Source of the DNA: Gemmatimonadales bacterium
Lineage (GTDB): Bacteria; Gemmatimonadota; Gemmatimonadetes; Gemmatimonadales; GWC2-71-9
Reading direction: 5' to 3'
DNA: 64,000 nt
Assembly (NCBI GenBank): GCA_041613315.1
Contig: JBFJHJ010000008.1
Location: 1-64,000, forward strand
Shown in pieces: positions 31,105 to 41,081 of this stretch (its first letter is position 1; each line of letters starts with the position of its first letter). Under the pieces are notes generated by a model. The model saw only the letters and a program-made list of their open reading frames with translations. It had not been told where the DNA came from and made no database searches. The position numbers and the translations under genes are program-made.

Positions 31105-32070
31105 CTACCGTCTGTCCGCCGTTCCCGCCCTCTTTCCCGCCAGCCTCACCGCCAACGCCACCGCCTCGCGCATCGAGCCGGGATCGGCGACCCCTTTCCC
31201 GGCGATGTCGAACGCGGTGCCGTGATCCGGCGCCGTCCGGACGAACGGCAACCCCAGCGTCACGTTCACACCCTTGCCGAAACCGGCCACCTTGACGGCG
31301 GTCATGCCCACGTCGTGGTAGGGGGCGAGCACCGCGTCGAACTCGCCGCGAAGCGCGCGTACGAACACCGTATCCGCCGGCAGCGGCCCGGCCGCGCCCA
31401 GCGCCCGGGCCGCCGGCGCCAGGACGCGCTCGTCCTCGTCGCCGAACAGCCCGCCCTCCCCGGCGTGGGGGTTCATGGCACAGACGGCCAGCGTGGGCTC
31501 CGCGAGGCCCCACCACTGCTCGAGCGCCCGCCGGGCGATCCGCCCGACCGCGACCACCCGCTCGAGCGTCACGGCGGCTGGCACCTCGCGGAGCGGGAGG
31601 TGCGTGGTGACGAGCACGACCCGCAGGCGGCCGGCCGTGAGCATCATCGCGACCTCGACCCCGCCCGAGAGCTCCGCGAGCCACTCGGTAAGCCCGGGGT
31701 GGCGATACCCCGCGAGGTGCAGGGCCCGCTTCTCCACCGGGGCGGTCACGACGGCGTCGACCTCGCCTCGAAGCGCCAGCTGGACGGCGGTCTTGACCGA
31801 CTCCGCCGCGAGGCGGCCTCCTTCGGCGGGCGAGAGACAGGTGAACTGTGAAAAGTGCAACGCCCCTGCCGCGTGGCCGCTGTTCACCTTTCCCTTCTCA
31901 CCTTTCACATCGAGCGGAATCCGCTCCGCCGCCGGCATCTCGTCGACGAGTCCGGCGGGTCCCACGACGACGAACTCGGCCTCCGCCGGCGGGTCCGCGA
32001 GCGTCTTCGCCACCACTTCGGGACCGATGCCGCGGGGATCACCCAGGGTGACGGCCACGCGCGGGGGCAT
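31105..32070 (-). CDS. pdxA: 4-hydroxythreonine-4-phosphate dehydrogenase
   Basis: GDPRGIGPE, TAPVEK, TTHLPL, NPHAGE, YHD and RTAPDHGTAFDIAG. Confidence 0.95.
   Translation of the reverse strand: MPPRVAVTLGDPRGIGPEVVAKTLADPPAEAEFVVVGPAGLVDEMPAAERIPLDVKGEKGKVNSGHAAGALHFSQFTCLSPAEGGRLAAESVKTAVQLALRGEVDAVVTAPVEKRALHLAGYRHPGLTEWLAELSGGVEVAMMLTAGRLRVVLVTTHLPLREVPAAVTLERVVAVGRIARRALEQWWGLAEPTLAVCAMNPHAGEGGLFGDEDERVLAPAARALGAAGPLPADTVFVRALRGEFDAVLAPYHDVGMTAVKVAGFGKGVNVTLGLPFVRTAPDHGTAFDIAGKGVADPGSMREAVALAVRLAGKRAGTADRR
31841..31910. repeat. Heptamer-repeat inverted element in frame inside pdxA
   Basis: GTGAACT-GTGAAAA-GTGCAA ... TTCACCT-TTCCCTT-CTCACCT-TTCACAT. Confidence 0.65.
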
Positions 32071-32073
32071 GGG

Positions 32074-33417
32074 TCAGAGACGGATGTCGACGTACGTGGA
32101 TCGGCGCAGCTGCTCGAGATACCGCTCCATCGCATTGCGGTCGGTGAGCACGCGGCGGATGTTGTCGCGCAGGTCCTCGTAGGTGAGATCGCCGGGCGGG
32201 CGCTCCCCGATCAACAGGATGGCCGCGTAGCGCGGCGGCTGGCCCGGCTGCGAGGCCAGCTCGACCGGCGCCACCGCGTCCCCGGTCTGCGCTCCGGCCA
32301 GCGCCTCGCGGTACGTGACCGGCAGGCTGTCGCGCGGGACGTCTTCGAGCAGCGACGCTTCCCGCTGATCGTGCACGTTCCGGACCAGGGAGTCGAAGCG
32401 GGTGCCGGTCCGCAGGATCTCGGCCACCTCTTCCGCGCGCGCCCTGGCTCGCGCCAGGTCGTCCGGCGTGAGCTCGGGAATGAACAGGATGTGCCGCACC
32501 AGCACCTCCGCCGGCTGCGCGCGATCCACCTTGATCACGTGGAAGCCGAACGGCGACCGGATCGGCGGCGACACGACGCCCGGACGCATGCGGAAGGCCA
32601 CGGCCTCGAACTCCGGCACCAGCTGGCCTCGCCGCACCCAGCCGATCAGCCCGCCCTGTTCGCGCGATCCGGGATCTCCGGAGAAACGGCGCGCCGCGGC
32701 GGCGAAGTCGCCTCCTCGGCGCAGCGCCTGGGTTACACTGTCGGCGAGCCGGAAACTGGTCATCAGCGCCGCGCTGTCCGGTTCCGGCCGGATGGTGATC
32801 TGGCGCAAGGTCACGGTGGCCGGGCGCCGCGGCTGGCGGCCCTTATTAGCCTCGTAGAACGCCCGCATCTCCGACTCCGTGGGCGGAAGCGGCGTGATCT
32901 TTCCCGTCTGGCGGAGACGCTGGAGCAGACTCTCGCGAAGCAACTCGCGGCGTTTCTGATCTGTCAGCCAGCGGCGGTATTCCTCCGCCGTGCCGAACCC
33001 CGCTTGGCGCAGCTCGCGCTGGTAGTCGCTCTCGGAGGCGAACTGGCGCCGCACCTGCTGGATCGCCTGGTCCACCTCGATCTGGATGTCCTGCTCCGTG
33101 ACCTTGACGTTGGTGTCCCGAGTCGCCGCCTGAACGATCAGCTCGTCATCGATGATCTGGTCGAGGAGGTCGCGACGCAGCTGCGCGAGCGCTGCGGAGT
33201 CGGTCGGGAAGTCGCCACCCCGCTGGGCGCGCAGGACATTCAACTCCTCGTCCACGCGCGACCGCGCAATCGGCGTACTCCCCACGACCGCCACGATCCG
33301 GTCGACCAGAACGAAGCCGGAATCGCGGGCCGCGGGAGGGCCGATGCTGTCCTGCGCCGCCGCGGGGGTGGCGGTCAGGGCGATGACGCCCGCGAGCAGC
33401 GTGGCGCTACGGACCAC
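32074..33417 (-). CDS. surA: SurA-like parvulin peptidyl-prolyl isomerase/chaperone
   Basis: Signal peptide, VDRIVAVVG, two PpiC domains, and the usual surA-pdxA synteny. Confidence 0.8.
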   Translation of the reverse strand: MVRSATLLAGVIALTATPAAAQDSIGPPAARDSGFVLVDRIVAVVGSTPIARSRVDEELNVLRAQRGGDFPTDSAALAQLRRDLLDQIIDDELIVQAATRDTNVKVTEQDIQIEVDQAIQQVRRQFASESDYQRELRQAGFGTAEEYRRWLTDQKRRELLRESLLQRLRQTGKITPLPPTESEMRAFYEANKGRQPRRPATVTLRQITIRPEPDSAALMTSFRLADSVTQALRRGGDFAAAARRFSGDPGSREQGGLIGWVRRGQLVPEFEAVAFRMRPGVVSPPIRSPFGFHVIKVDRAQPAEVLVRHILFIPELTPDDLARARARAEEVAEILRTGTRFDSLVRNVHDQREASLLEDVPRDSLPVTYREALAGAQTGDAVAPVELASQPGQPPRYAAILLIGERPPGDLTYEDLRDNIRRVLTDRNAMERYLEQLRRSTYVDIRL

Positions 33418-34807
33418 CGGGACCTCCCGGTACCGCGGGCGCGGCGCCCTGCGTCGCGCGGAGCGAACGGGCGCGCTCCCGCGCCTGTTCGAGGCCGGCG
33501 AACGACACCGACCAGCGCCCGTCGTCTTTGAGTCGCGCGGCGAGCGACGGCTCGACCACCTTCGCGTCCTGCAGGTTCGTCGCGAGCCGCGCCATGTAGC
33601 GATCCGCCGCGTCCGTGGCGGCCGCGAGTCGCTGAGCGGGATCGGTGACGCCGGCCAGCACCGAGTCGAGCCCCAGGGTCTGCCGCAGCTGTCCGACGAC
33701 CTCGGCGAGCTGCGTCTTCAGCGCCGCGTACGTGGAGTCGTGGAGCCGGATCCCCCCCGCGCGGGCCTCGCGGAGCAGCACCTCGTTGCGGATCAGGGAG
33801 CGCAGGAAGTCATCGAGCTGTTCGTCGTCCGCGACCTGGACGAGCTGCTGGTCCCGCGGGGGCCGCGTCTGCAGCCAGCGGACGAAGTCGGCGACCGTGA
33901 AGGACCCGCCGCGATAGGTCCCGAGGGTCTTGCTCGAGCCGGCGGCGAGGTCGGGCACGAGGGCCGCCTCGCGCATCGCGGGCGGGGCCCCACCCTTCAC
34001 CCGGATCCGCCAGTCGGTCTCGAGCTGCGCCAGGTACGTCGAGTCCACCTGCTGGATCAGCGTGCGCTCGACCGCCTGCGCGAAGTCGTCGCGCACGCTC
34101 TCCAGAAACGGCCGTTGAATGACGTGAAAGCCGAACTGCGTCTGCGTCACTTGGGAGATCTCACCGGGGCGGAGCGCGAAGGCGACGGACTCGAACTCGG
34201 GCACGGTCTGTCCGCGGCGGATGACGCCGAGGCTGCCGCCCCGCTGCCGGGCGCCGGGATCTTCGTTGCGCTCGTTCTCCCTGACCCACGGGCCGCCGTT
34301 CACGAGCCGGCCCCAAATGGCCTCCGCCGAGCGCTGCGCTGCGAGCCGCTGGGCCGGCGTCATCTCGGGCTGGGTGCGGATCAGGATGTGGCGGATCACG
34401 CGAAGCTCACCGGCGACGTATGCGCTGTCGACCGCGCGCGCCAGGTCGAGGCGCTCATCCAACAGCCGGTCGTGCAGCTCCCCCACCAGCGCGCGATAGA
34501 CGCCGGGCCACATGACATCGATGACGGTGGCCGAGTCGAGCAACGAGTCGCCCCGGGCGACCCGCTGAGCGAAGAGCGAGTACTCGACCCAGCGGTGCGT
34601 CCATCGCGTGAGGACCGGGCGGTCCGTCGGGATCGCCCGCCCCGCGGCGACCGTTTCCGCCAGCCGCTCGACGGTGAGGTGGTGGTCGTCGGCCCGAGCG
34701 ACGACCGTCACGGTGCCGCTCAACGCGTCGCGCAGGTTGCACCCCGCGAGCGTGACAACCGCGAGCACCGTCAGCACGAGGCGTGCGTCGTTCCGTGTGC
34801 GTGTCAT
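33407..34807 (-). CDS. PpiC-type peptidyl-prolyl isomerase lipoprotein
   Basis: Lipobox LAGC and RHILI...GGSLG...PEFESVAF...TQFGFHVI. Confidence 0.85.
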   Translation of the reverse strand: MTRTRNDARLVLTVLAVVTLAGCNLRDALSGTVTVVARADDHHLTVERLAETVAAGRAIPTDRPVLTRWTHRWVEYSLFAQRVARGDSLLDSATVIDVMWPGVYRALVGELHDRLLDERLDLARAVDSAYVAGELRVIRHILIRTQPEMTPAQRLAAQRSAEAIWGRLVNGGPWVRENERNEDPGARQRGGSLGVIRRGQTVPEFESVAFALRPGEISQVTQTQFGFHVIQRPFLESVRDDFAQAVERTLIQQVDSTYLAQLETDWRIRVKGGAPPAMREAALVPDLAAGSSKTLGTYRGGSFTVADFVRWLQTRPPRDQQLVQVADDEQLDDFLRSLIRNEVLLREARAGGIRLHDSTYAALKTQLAEVVGQLRQTLGLDSVLAGVTDPAQRLAAATDAADRYMARLATNLQDAKVVEPSLAARLKDDGRWSVSFAGLEQARERARSLRATQGAAPAVPGGPGGP

Positions 34808-37800
34808 GACTCCTCGTCACCCAGGGCGGTTCGCAACGCCCGCACCAGTCCCGGACCGATGGCCACGCCTCCCAGCCGCCGCAACCGCAGCGCGAGCGGC
34901 ACCGTCTGCCGCACCTCAGCCGCGAACTGTACTTCATCCAGCGCGGCGGTGAGCCGCATCAGCCGGGGGACCGCGTCCCCCCGAAACTTGAGCCGCGCGT
35001 CGTCCTCCCGGATCAGCACCGTTTCCAGGCCGAGCCGGACGCCGAGCGCGCGGAGCTCCGACAGCACGAGGAGACGTTCCGCCTCGGGCGGCAACGGGCC
35101 GAAGCGGTCGCGCAGCTCCTCGCGCACCGTGGCAATGTCGCACAGTCCCGAGGCCTGCGCCAGCCGCCGATAGACGTGCAGCTTCGCGTCCTCGTCGGGC
35201 ACGAACCGGTCGGGGAGATGCGCGGGACCGTCCAGGATCACCTCCGGCGGCGGCCGCTCGGCGGTGGCGCCGTCGCCCTGGAGCGCCCGCACCGTCTCGC
35301 TCAGCCAGCGCATGTACAGATCGTAGCCCACCGCGTGAGCGTGCCCCGACTGCTCCGCCCCCAGCAGGTTGCCCGCCCCCCGGATCTCGAGATCCCGCAG
35401 CGCGATGCGATACCCGGCGCCCAACTCGGTATGATGCTCGAGCACCTCCAGCCGTTGCTCCGCGTCCGATTCCACCACGTCGGGCACGAGCAGATAGCAG
35501 TACGCCCGCCGGTGGCCGCGCCCCACCCGCCCGCGCAGCTGGTACAGCTGCGCGAGGCCGAACTGCTGGGCGTCGTGCACGATCATCGTGTTGGCGTTCG
35601 GCACGTCGAGTCCGGATTCCACGATCATCGTGGAGACGAGGACGTTCACGTGTCCTTCCACGAAGCCCCGCATCACGTCGTCGAGCTGCCGCTCGCGCAT
35701 CCGGCCATGCGCGACCGCCACCGCGGCGCGCGGCGCGAGCCGCCGCACCCGCTCGGCGACGGTCTCGATCGTCTCGATCCGGTTGTGGACGAAGAACACC
35801 TGCCCGCCGCGGTCCAGCTCCCGGGCCATCGCCTCCTCCAGGAGCTCGTCATCCCAGGGCTCGACGAACGTGAGCACCGGAGAGCGGTCGCGCGGCGGCG
35901 TCTCCATGATCGTGAGGTCGCGCAGTCCCGCGAGGGCGAAGTGCAGCGTGCGGGGGATCGGCGTCGCGGTGAGCGTGAGCACGTCCACGGACAGCCTGAG
36001 CGCCTTGAGCCGCTCCTTGTGACGGACCCCGAAGCGATGCTCCTCGTCCACGACCAGGAGCCCCAGGTCACGAAACGTCACGTCCCGAGAGAGCAAGCGG
36101 TGGGTGCCGATCACGATGTCCAGCGCGCCCGACCGGAGCCGCCCGAGGACCTGCCCCTGCTCGTGTGATGTGCGGAACCGCGACAGCACCTCCACCGTGA
36201 CCGGATAATCCGCCAGGCGATCGCGGAACGTGCGCCCGTGTTGCTCGGCCAGGATCGTCGTGGGCACGAGCACCCCCGCCTGCTTCCCGGCCTGGACCGC
36301 CTTGAACGCCGCGCGCAGGGCCACCTCCGTCTTGCCGTACCCGACGTCGCCCACGATGAGGCGGTCCATGGGGCGGGCACGCTCCATGTCGCGCTTCGTC
36401 TCCTCGGTCGCGATCCGCTGGTCCGGCGTGTCCTCGTAGAGGAACGACGACTCGAGCTCCCGCTGCCAACGGGTGTCGGGCGGATACGCGTAACCGGGCG
36501 CGACCGACCGGCGCGCGTACAGCTCGAGGAGCTCGGCCGCCATCTTCCGAATCGCCGCCTCGGTTTTCTGCCGCTGGCGCCGCCACCGCGTGCCGCCCAA
36601 CCGGTCCAGCTTGGGCGGCGGCGCCCCGTCGCCGCCCGTGACCGTGCGGTACGGCTCGATCTGCTCGATCCGATAGAGCGGCACGTTCAGCCGGTCGCCG
36701 CCCTCGTACTCGAGCACCGCCACCTCGAGCGTCGTGCCGTCCTCGCCCACGCGGATCGTCTCGATCCCGCGGTAGATCCCGATGCCGTGCTCCAGGTGCA
36801 CCACGTAGCTGCCCACCGTGAGCGATCCCGCCGTCTCGCCAGCGAGCGCCTGCCGGTAGCGCCGCGGCCGGCGGATCCGCCGCGCGCGCCGGAAGATCTC
36901 GTGGTCGGTGAGCACGACCAGCTCGGGCGTCGCAAACCCGCCACCCAAGGCGCCGAGCGCCAGGGTCACGTTCGGCGGAAGGCGGCCGCCCGGGTCGAGC
37001 AGCTCCTCGAGGCGCTCGAGCTGACCCGTGTTGTCGCACAGCACGAGGGTGGGCCGCGCCGCCGCGATCCGAACGAGCTGCGCCACCTTCCGCTCCACCG
37101 GCGGCGGCGGTGTGAGACGGAAGTCGTGCTCCGCGCCGTCCACCCCGATCCGGACGCGGGCCAAGCGCCGCCACTGCGCCTGCCATCCCTCCGGATCGAG
37201 AAAGACCGCCTCCCGGCCGGGAACGTCCTCCCCGCGCCGCCGCGCCACGTCGAGGTGGTGCGCCGCCTCCTGCCACACGCGCCCCACCTCGTCCTCGCTC
37301 GCCCCGGCGTCCACCAGCAGCAGCGCGTCCACGGGCACGAGGTCGAGCAGCGACTGTCGGTGCGGTTCCCCCTCCCCCGTGCCCCCGTCCGCCCCGGCGG
37401 ACAGCCTGACCGCCGGTGGCGCCGCGGGGCGGATGGGCAACACCGTTACCTCGGCGATCTCCCCGTGCGACCGCTGTGTGTCCAGATCGAACGTCCGGAT
37501 CGAGATGATCTCGTCTCCCGACCACTCGACCCGAGCGGGCGCGGCCATGCCGAAGCCGTACACGTCTACGATCCCGCCGCGCACGGCGAACTGCGCCACG
37601 TCCAGCACCGTGGGGCGTCGCTCGTAGCCAATCGCCGCGAGCCGGTCCACCAGCGCCCCGAGCGTCGGTTCCGCTCCCCGCCGGACGGTGAGCCGGCCGG
37701 CGGCGAGGGCACGCGGCATACGGGTCAGCTCCTGGGTCGCCCGCAGCGTTGTCACGAGCACGCGCACGCGCCCCGCCAGCATCGCCTCGAGCGTCTCCAC

Positions 37801-38109
37801 CCGCTCGCCCGCGATCTCGTAGTGCGGCTCCTCCTCACCCAGCGCCTCGCGCTGCGGATAGAGCCGCGCGACATCGCCGAGCAGCACGTCGAGATCGGAG
37901 AGCCATTGCTCCGCCGCGGCCGGCGAGGCCGTCGCCACCACGATCACGCGCTGTGGCAGATCCTCCGCCAGGGCCGCCGCCAGCACCGCCGGGCTCGAGC
38001 CGGGAAGCCCACCCACCGCCTGCACGGCACCCTGCCCCGGCGCGGCGGCCCGAAAGGCGCGGTACGCCGGGAGGCTCCTCACCGCCTCGACCACGAGCCG
38101 CAGCGTCAC
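34804..38109 (-). CDS. mfd: Transcription-repair coupling factor
   Basis: VRGGIVDV, VVHLEHGIG, GDVGYGKTE, DEEHRFG, TATPIPRT and QLRGRVGR. Confidence 0.97.
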   Translation of the reverse strand: MTLRLVVEAVRSLPAYRAFRAAAPGQGAVQAVGGLPGSSPAVLAAALAEDLPQRVIVVATASPAAAEQWLSDLDVLLGDVARLYPQREALGEEEPHYEIAGERVETLEAMLAGRVRVLVTTLRATQELTRMPRALAAGRLTVRRGAEPTLGALVDRLAAIGYERRPTVLDVAQFAVRGGIVDVYGFGMAAPARVEWSGDEIISIRTFDLDTQRSHGEIAEVTVLPIRPAAPPAVRLSAGADGGTGEGEPHRQSLLDLVPVDALLLVDAGASEDEVGRVWQEAAHHLDVARRRGEDVPGREAVFLDPEGWQAQWRRLARVRIGVDGAEHDFRLTPPPPVERKVAQLVRIAAARPTLVLCDNTGQLERLEELLDPGGRLPPNVTLALGALGGGFATPELVVLTDHEIFRRARRIRRPRRYRQALAGETAGSLTVGSYVVHLEHGIGIYRGIETIRVGEDGTTLEVAVLEYEGGDRLNVPLYRIEQIEPYRTVTGGDGAPPPKLDRLGGTRWRRQRQKTEAAIRKMAAELLELYARRSVAPGYAYPPDTRWQRELESSFLYEDTPDQRIATEETKRDMERARPMDRLIVGDVGYGKTEVALRAAFKAVQAGKQAGVLVPTTILAEQHGRTFRDRLADYPVTVEVLSRFRTSHEQGQVLGRLRSGALDIVIGTHRLLSRDVTFRDLGLLVVDEEHRFGVRHKERLKALRLSVDVLTLTATPIPRTLHFALAGLRDLTIMETPPRDRSPVLTFVEPWDDELLEEAMARELDRGGQVFFVHNRIETIETVAERVRRLAPRAAVAVAHGRMRERQLDDVMRGFVEGHVNVLVSTMIVESGLDVPNANTMIVHDAQQFGLAQLYQLRGRVGRGHRRAYCYLLVPDVVESDAEQRLEVLEHHTELGAGYRIALRDLEIRGAGNLLGAEQSGHAHAVGYDLYMRWLSETVRALQGDGATAERPPPEVILDGPAHLPDRFVPDEDAKLHVYRRLAQASGLCDIATVREELRDRFGPLPPEAERLLVLSELRALGVRLGLETVLIREDDARLKFRGDAVPRLMRLTAALDEVQFAAEVRQTVPLALRLRRLGGVAIGPGLVRALRTALGDEES

Positions 38110-39908
38110 GGCTCGCCAGCCTTCAGCCGGCGTCCGGCGGTCGCGAGCACCAACTCGATGAGCGCGGCCACGAGCGCTGCCGCGATCAGGAGCCCCGTCA
38201 GGTCCGCGCGCCTGGCGCCCGTGAAGAGTTCGCGATCCATCGCCCGATCGGTCAGCAGCAGCGAGTGCGGTCCGAACGCGGCGCGCACGGCGCGGGCGTC
38301 GGCCGGTGCGAGGCGGGACTCCCGCCGATCGTGGTTCACCGCGACCGCGCCCACCGTGTCCCCGCGCGCGCCGGTCAGGAAGTAGACCCCGGGGGCGAGG
38401 GGCGCCACGAGCCGGCGATCTCCCGCGAGGCCTATGGGCCCGCCGGGGAGGAGCAGCGCCTCCGCACCAGCCGGCGGGACGACCACCTCGCCCGGCCGGG
38501 CGCTCACGACCCAGGCCTCGCCGGCGGTGATGCGGTTGATCATCAGGTCCAAGAACGGGATGAACGCGGCCGACACCGGGAGGTCGGTCCATTCGTCTTC
38601 CATGCGGCTCGCCACGATCACGTGTTCGCCCCCGCGCACCATCCACGGCTCCCCGCCGGCGGTGGCCAGCACCGGGCCACTGCCCACGAGGCGGTAGCGC
38701 CGCACGATCGTCGCCCCACGCGCCGCACCCACCGCGCCGTCGAGTTGCCACTCACCCTCGACGAGCTCGCCCAGCCGCCAGCCGAGACCGGCGTCGGCCA
38801 GCGCGCGGTTCACGGCCCCCGCGAGCGACGGATCCGCCGGGGGAAACAGCACCATCGCCCCCGACGTCAGGCGGTCCGCCAGCACCACGTCGGGGCCCTC
38901 GCGCACGCGGCCACCGGCGCGCAGCACCCCCACCCCCTCGCGCACGAAACGCCCGGCCCCGGGAGCCACCGTGACCGGCGTGGGCTCGCGCACCAGCGCC
39001 GTGAACCACCAGCGGTCATCGGCGCTCAACTCGTCGGGGTCGAGCTCCACAAGGCCAGCCAGCCAGCCCCGCCGCACGGCGGAAGCCGGAAGCGCCACCT
39101 GGTCCCCGGGGGCCGCGACGGCGCGAGCGACGACGCGTCCGTCCAGCGTCAGGCGCACGGCAGCCTGGCCCCCGGTGCCGCCGCCGACGGCGACCACGAC
39201 CGTGCCGTCCGGTGACCACACGGCGGGCTCGGCGGCCGCTGAATCCACACTTCGGTTGGGGGGTGGTGGCGCGGGCTCCCAGACGAGCACCCGCACCGAC
39301 GGTTCCGCGCCGGGCGAGAGCGCCGTCGCCTGAAGGTCACTCACCACGACCACCTCCCGGCCGGCGAGCGCCTCGCTGGCCACGGCCGCCGCCGCCGCGC
39401 GCACGGCTCCTCCGAGGTCGAGTCGCACCGGCCAGGAACCCAACGAGTCGAGCAGCGCCCTCGCCTCCGCGGGCGACAAGCGGCGCGGGATCCCGTCCGC
39501 GAGCACGAGCCAAAGCTGGTCGCCGGTCGCGGTCCGCTCCAGTACCCGCCGGGCGCGCTCGACCAGCAGGTCGAGCACCCGGCGCCCGCCCACCACGGCG
39601 CCGGCCGAGAGGGAGTTGTCGAGGACGAGCCCCACCGCGGTGGGCGGGTGCCCACTCCCCACGGGCCCGCGCGCGACCGGCCGCGCGGCGGCGAGCACGA
39701 TACAGACGATGATCGCGGTGCGCAGGAACAAGAGCAGCAGGTTGCGCAGCTTGAGCCGCCGGCTCTGCTCCCGCTCCGTGGTGGTCAGATAGCGCACGGC
39801 CGGGAACACGACGGTGGGCGGGAGCCGCCGACCGAGGAGGTGCAGCAGCGGCGGGATCGCGGCGGCGGCGAGCCCCAGGAGCACCAGCGGCTGGAGAAAC
39901 CCGATCAC
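38106..39908 (-). CDS. BatA N-terminal plus vWA domain membrane protein
   Basis: FLQPLVLLGL..IPPLLHL...LAAARP, LDNSLS and VVVSD. Confidence 0.85.
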   Translation of the reverse strand: MIGFLQPLVLLGLAAAAIPPLLHLLGRRLPPTVVFPAVRYLTTTEREQSRRLKLRNLLLLFLRTAIIVCIVLAAARPVARGPVGSGHPPTAVGLVLDNSLSAGAVVGGRRVLDLLVERARRVLERTATGDQLWLVLADGIPRRLSPAEARALLDSLGSWPVRLDLGGAVRAAAAAVASEALAGREVVVVSDLQATALSPGAEPSVRVLVWEPAPPPPNRSVDSAAAEPAVWSPDGTVVVAVGGGTGGQAAVRLTLDGRVVARAVAAPGDQVALPASAVRRGWLAGLVELDPDELSADDRWWFTALVREPTPVTVAPGAGRFVREGVGVLRAGGRVREGPDVVLADRLTSGAMVLFPPADPSLAGAVNRALADAGLGWRLGELVEGEWQLDGAVGAARGATIVRRYRLVGSGPVLATAGGEPWMVRGGEHVIVASRMEDEWTDLPVSAAFIPFLDLMINRITAGEAWVVSARPGEVVVPPAGAEALLLPGGPIGLAGDRRLVAPLAPGVYFLTGARGDTVGAVAVNHDRRESRLAPADARAVRAAFGPHSLLLTDRAMDRELFTGARRADLTGLLIAAALVAALIELVLATAGRRLKAGEP

Positions 39909-40807
39909 CCGAGCCGCGACCGTCGCGCCGTCGCCCGCCGCAGCACGTAGCCGAACGGCGTATCGGTCAACACGTGCTGGTAGTCGATGCCGCCACCACG
40001 GCAGGCGGCCCGCCAGGCGACGATCGTCGCCCGCACGGTTTCCTCGTAGGCCGCCCGGAGCTCGCGCGGGCGCGCGACGACGCTCGCGCCGGTCTCGGGA
40101 TCCTCGAATCGTGCTTCGGGCGGCCCCCCCAAGACCAGCTCGGACGGATCCATGATGTGGAACACCATGACTTGATGACCGCGGTGCCGGAGATACTGGA
40201 GCATGAGGAGGGCGAGGTCGCGGTCGAGCAGCAGGTCCGAGACGAAGATCACGAGGCCCCGCCGCCGCAACAGCCCCGTGACGCGCCGCAACGCGGGCTC
40301 GGCGGCGGTGCCGCTCCCGGCGTCGAGCGCCGCCACCGCGGCGGCCAGCGTCCACCAATGCTGCGAACGCGCGCGAGCCCTGACCACGGTCCGCACCCGA
40401 TCGTCGAAGCCGATCAGGCCCGTGGCGTCGCGCTGTCGAAGGAGGATGAGCGACAGCGCCGCGACCAGCCGCTTGGCATACTCCAGCTTCGTCAACCGGC
40501 GCTCGTCGCCCCGCCAGTCCATCGAGCGGCTCACGTCGAGGACGATCATCGAGCGGAGGTTCGTCTCCTCCTCGTACTGCTTCACGAACAGCCGATCGGC
40601 CCGAGCGAGAATCGTCCAGTCCAGGTAGCGCAGCTCGTCACCCGGCTGGTACGGGCGATGCTCCGCGAACTCCACGGAGAACCCGCGGAACGGCGAGCGG
40701 TGCAGCCCCGCCAGGTATCCCTCCACGACGCCGCGGGCGACCATCTCGATCCCGCCCAGCTGGGCGACGTCGTACGGATCGAGAAGGTCAATGCGGCGCT
40801 GCGTCAT
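39905..40807 (-). CDS. DUF58 protein (MoxR-associated vWA-like)
   Basis: GLHRS..GFSVEFAEHRPYQPGDELRYLDW and DVSRSM. Confidence 0.92.
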   Translation of the reverse strand: MTQRRIDLLDPYDVAQLGGIEMVARGVVEGYLAGLHRSPFRGFSVEFAEHRPYQPGDELRYLDWTILARADRLFVKQYEEETNLRSMIVLDVSRSMDWRGDERRLTKLEYAKRLVAALSLILLRQRDATGLIGFDDRVRTVVRARARSQHWWTLAAAVAALDAGSGTAAEPALRRVTGLLRRRGLVIFVSDLLLDRDLALLMLQYLRHRGHQVMVFHIMDPSELVLGGPPEARFEDPETGASVVARPRELRAAYEETVRATIVAWRAACRGGGIDYQHVLTDTPFGYVLRRATARRSRLG

Positions 40808-40967
40808 CGGCTGAGGCACTCGGCATGTTGGGCGTCGGACCATCGGGGCACCGCGGCGGCACCCGGTGCTCTGCATCGTACCCAGGCGACAGGGGGCCGG
40901 TCAAACGGGCGACGCTGTCCCCAAAACAGGACGAAACCGGCACCGCGCTGGCGCACCTATCGTAGCG

Positions 40968-41024
40968 TAAATAGCTAAGCGACAAATGGTTACAGCCACC
41001 CGTAGGCGTGGCACGCCCCCTGCT
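40968..41024 (+). promoter_or_regulatory. IHF-like 25-mer followed by a sigma-54 promoter
   Basis: TAAATAGCTAAGCGACAAATGGTTA (40968-40992), then TGGCACGCCCCCTGCT (41009-41024, GG-N10-GC). Confidence 0.55.
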
Positions 41025-41081
41025 CTTCTTCGCCGTGGCCTCGGCACCCGTCCGGGGCCGATCGGAGGCGAGGAGGCGACG

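Noticed and set aside
38110..38751. Extended N-terminus of the 1315-aa Mfd ORF, and similar extensions at 17944, 40358, 47720, 51222, 58170 and 61106
   Set aside because: The extensions overlap upstream genes in another frame. True starts were placed at coupled start codons.
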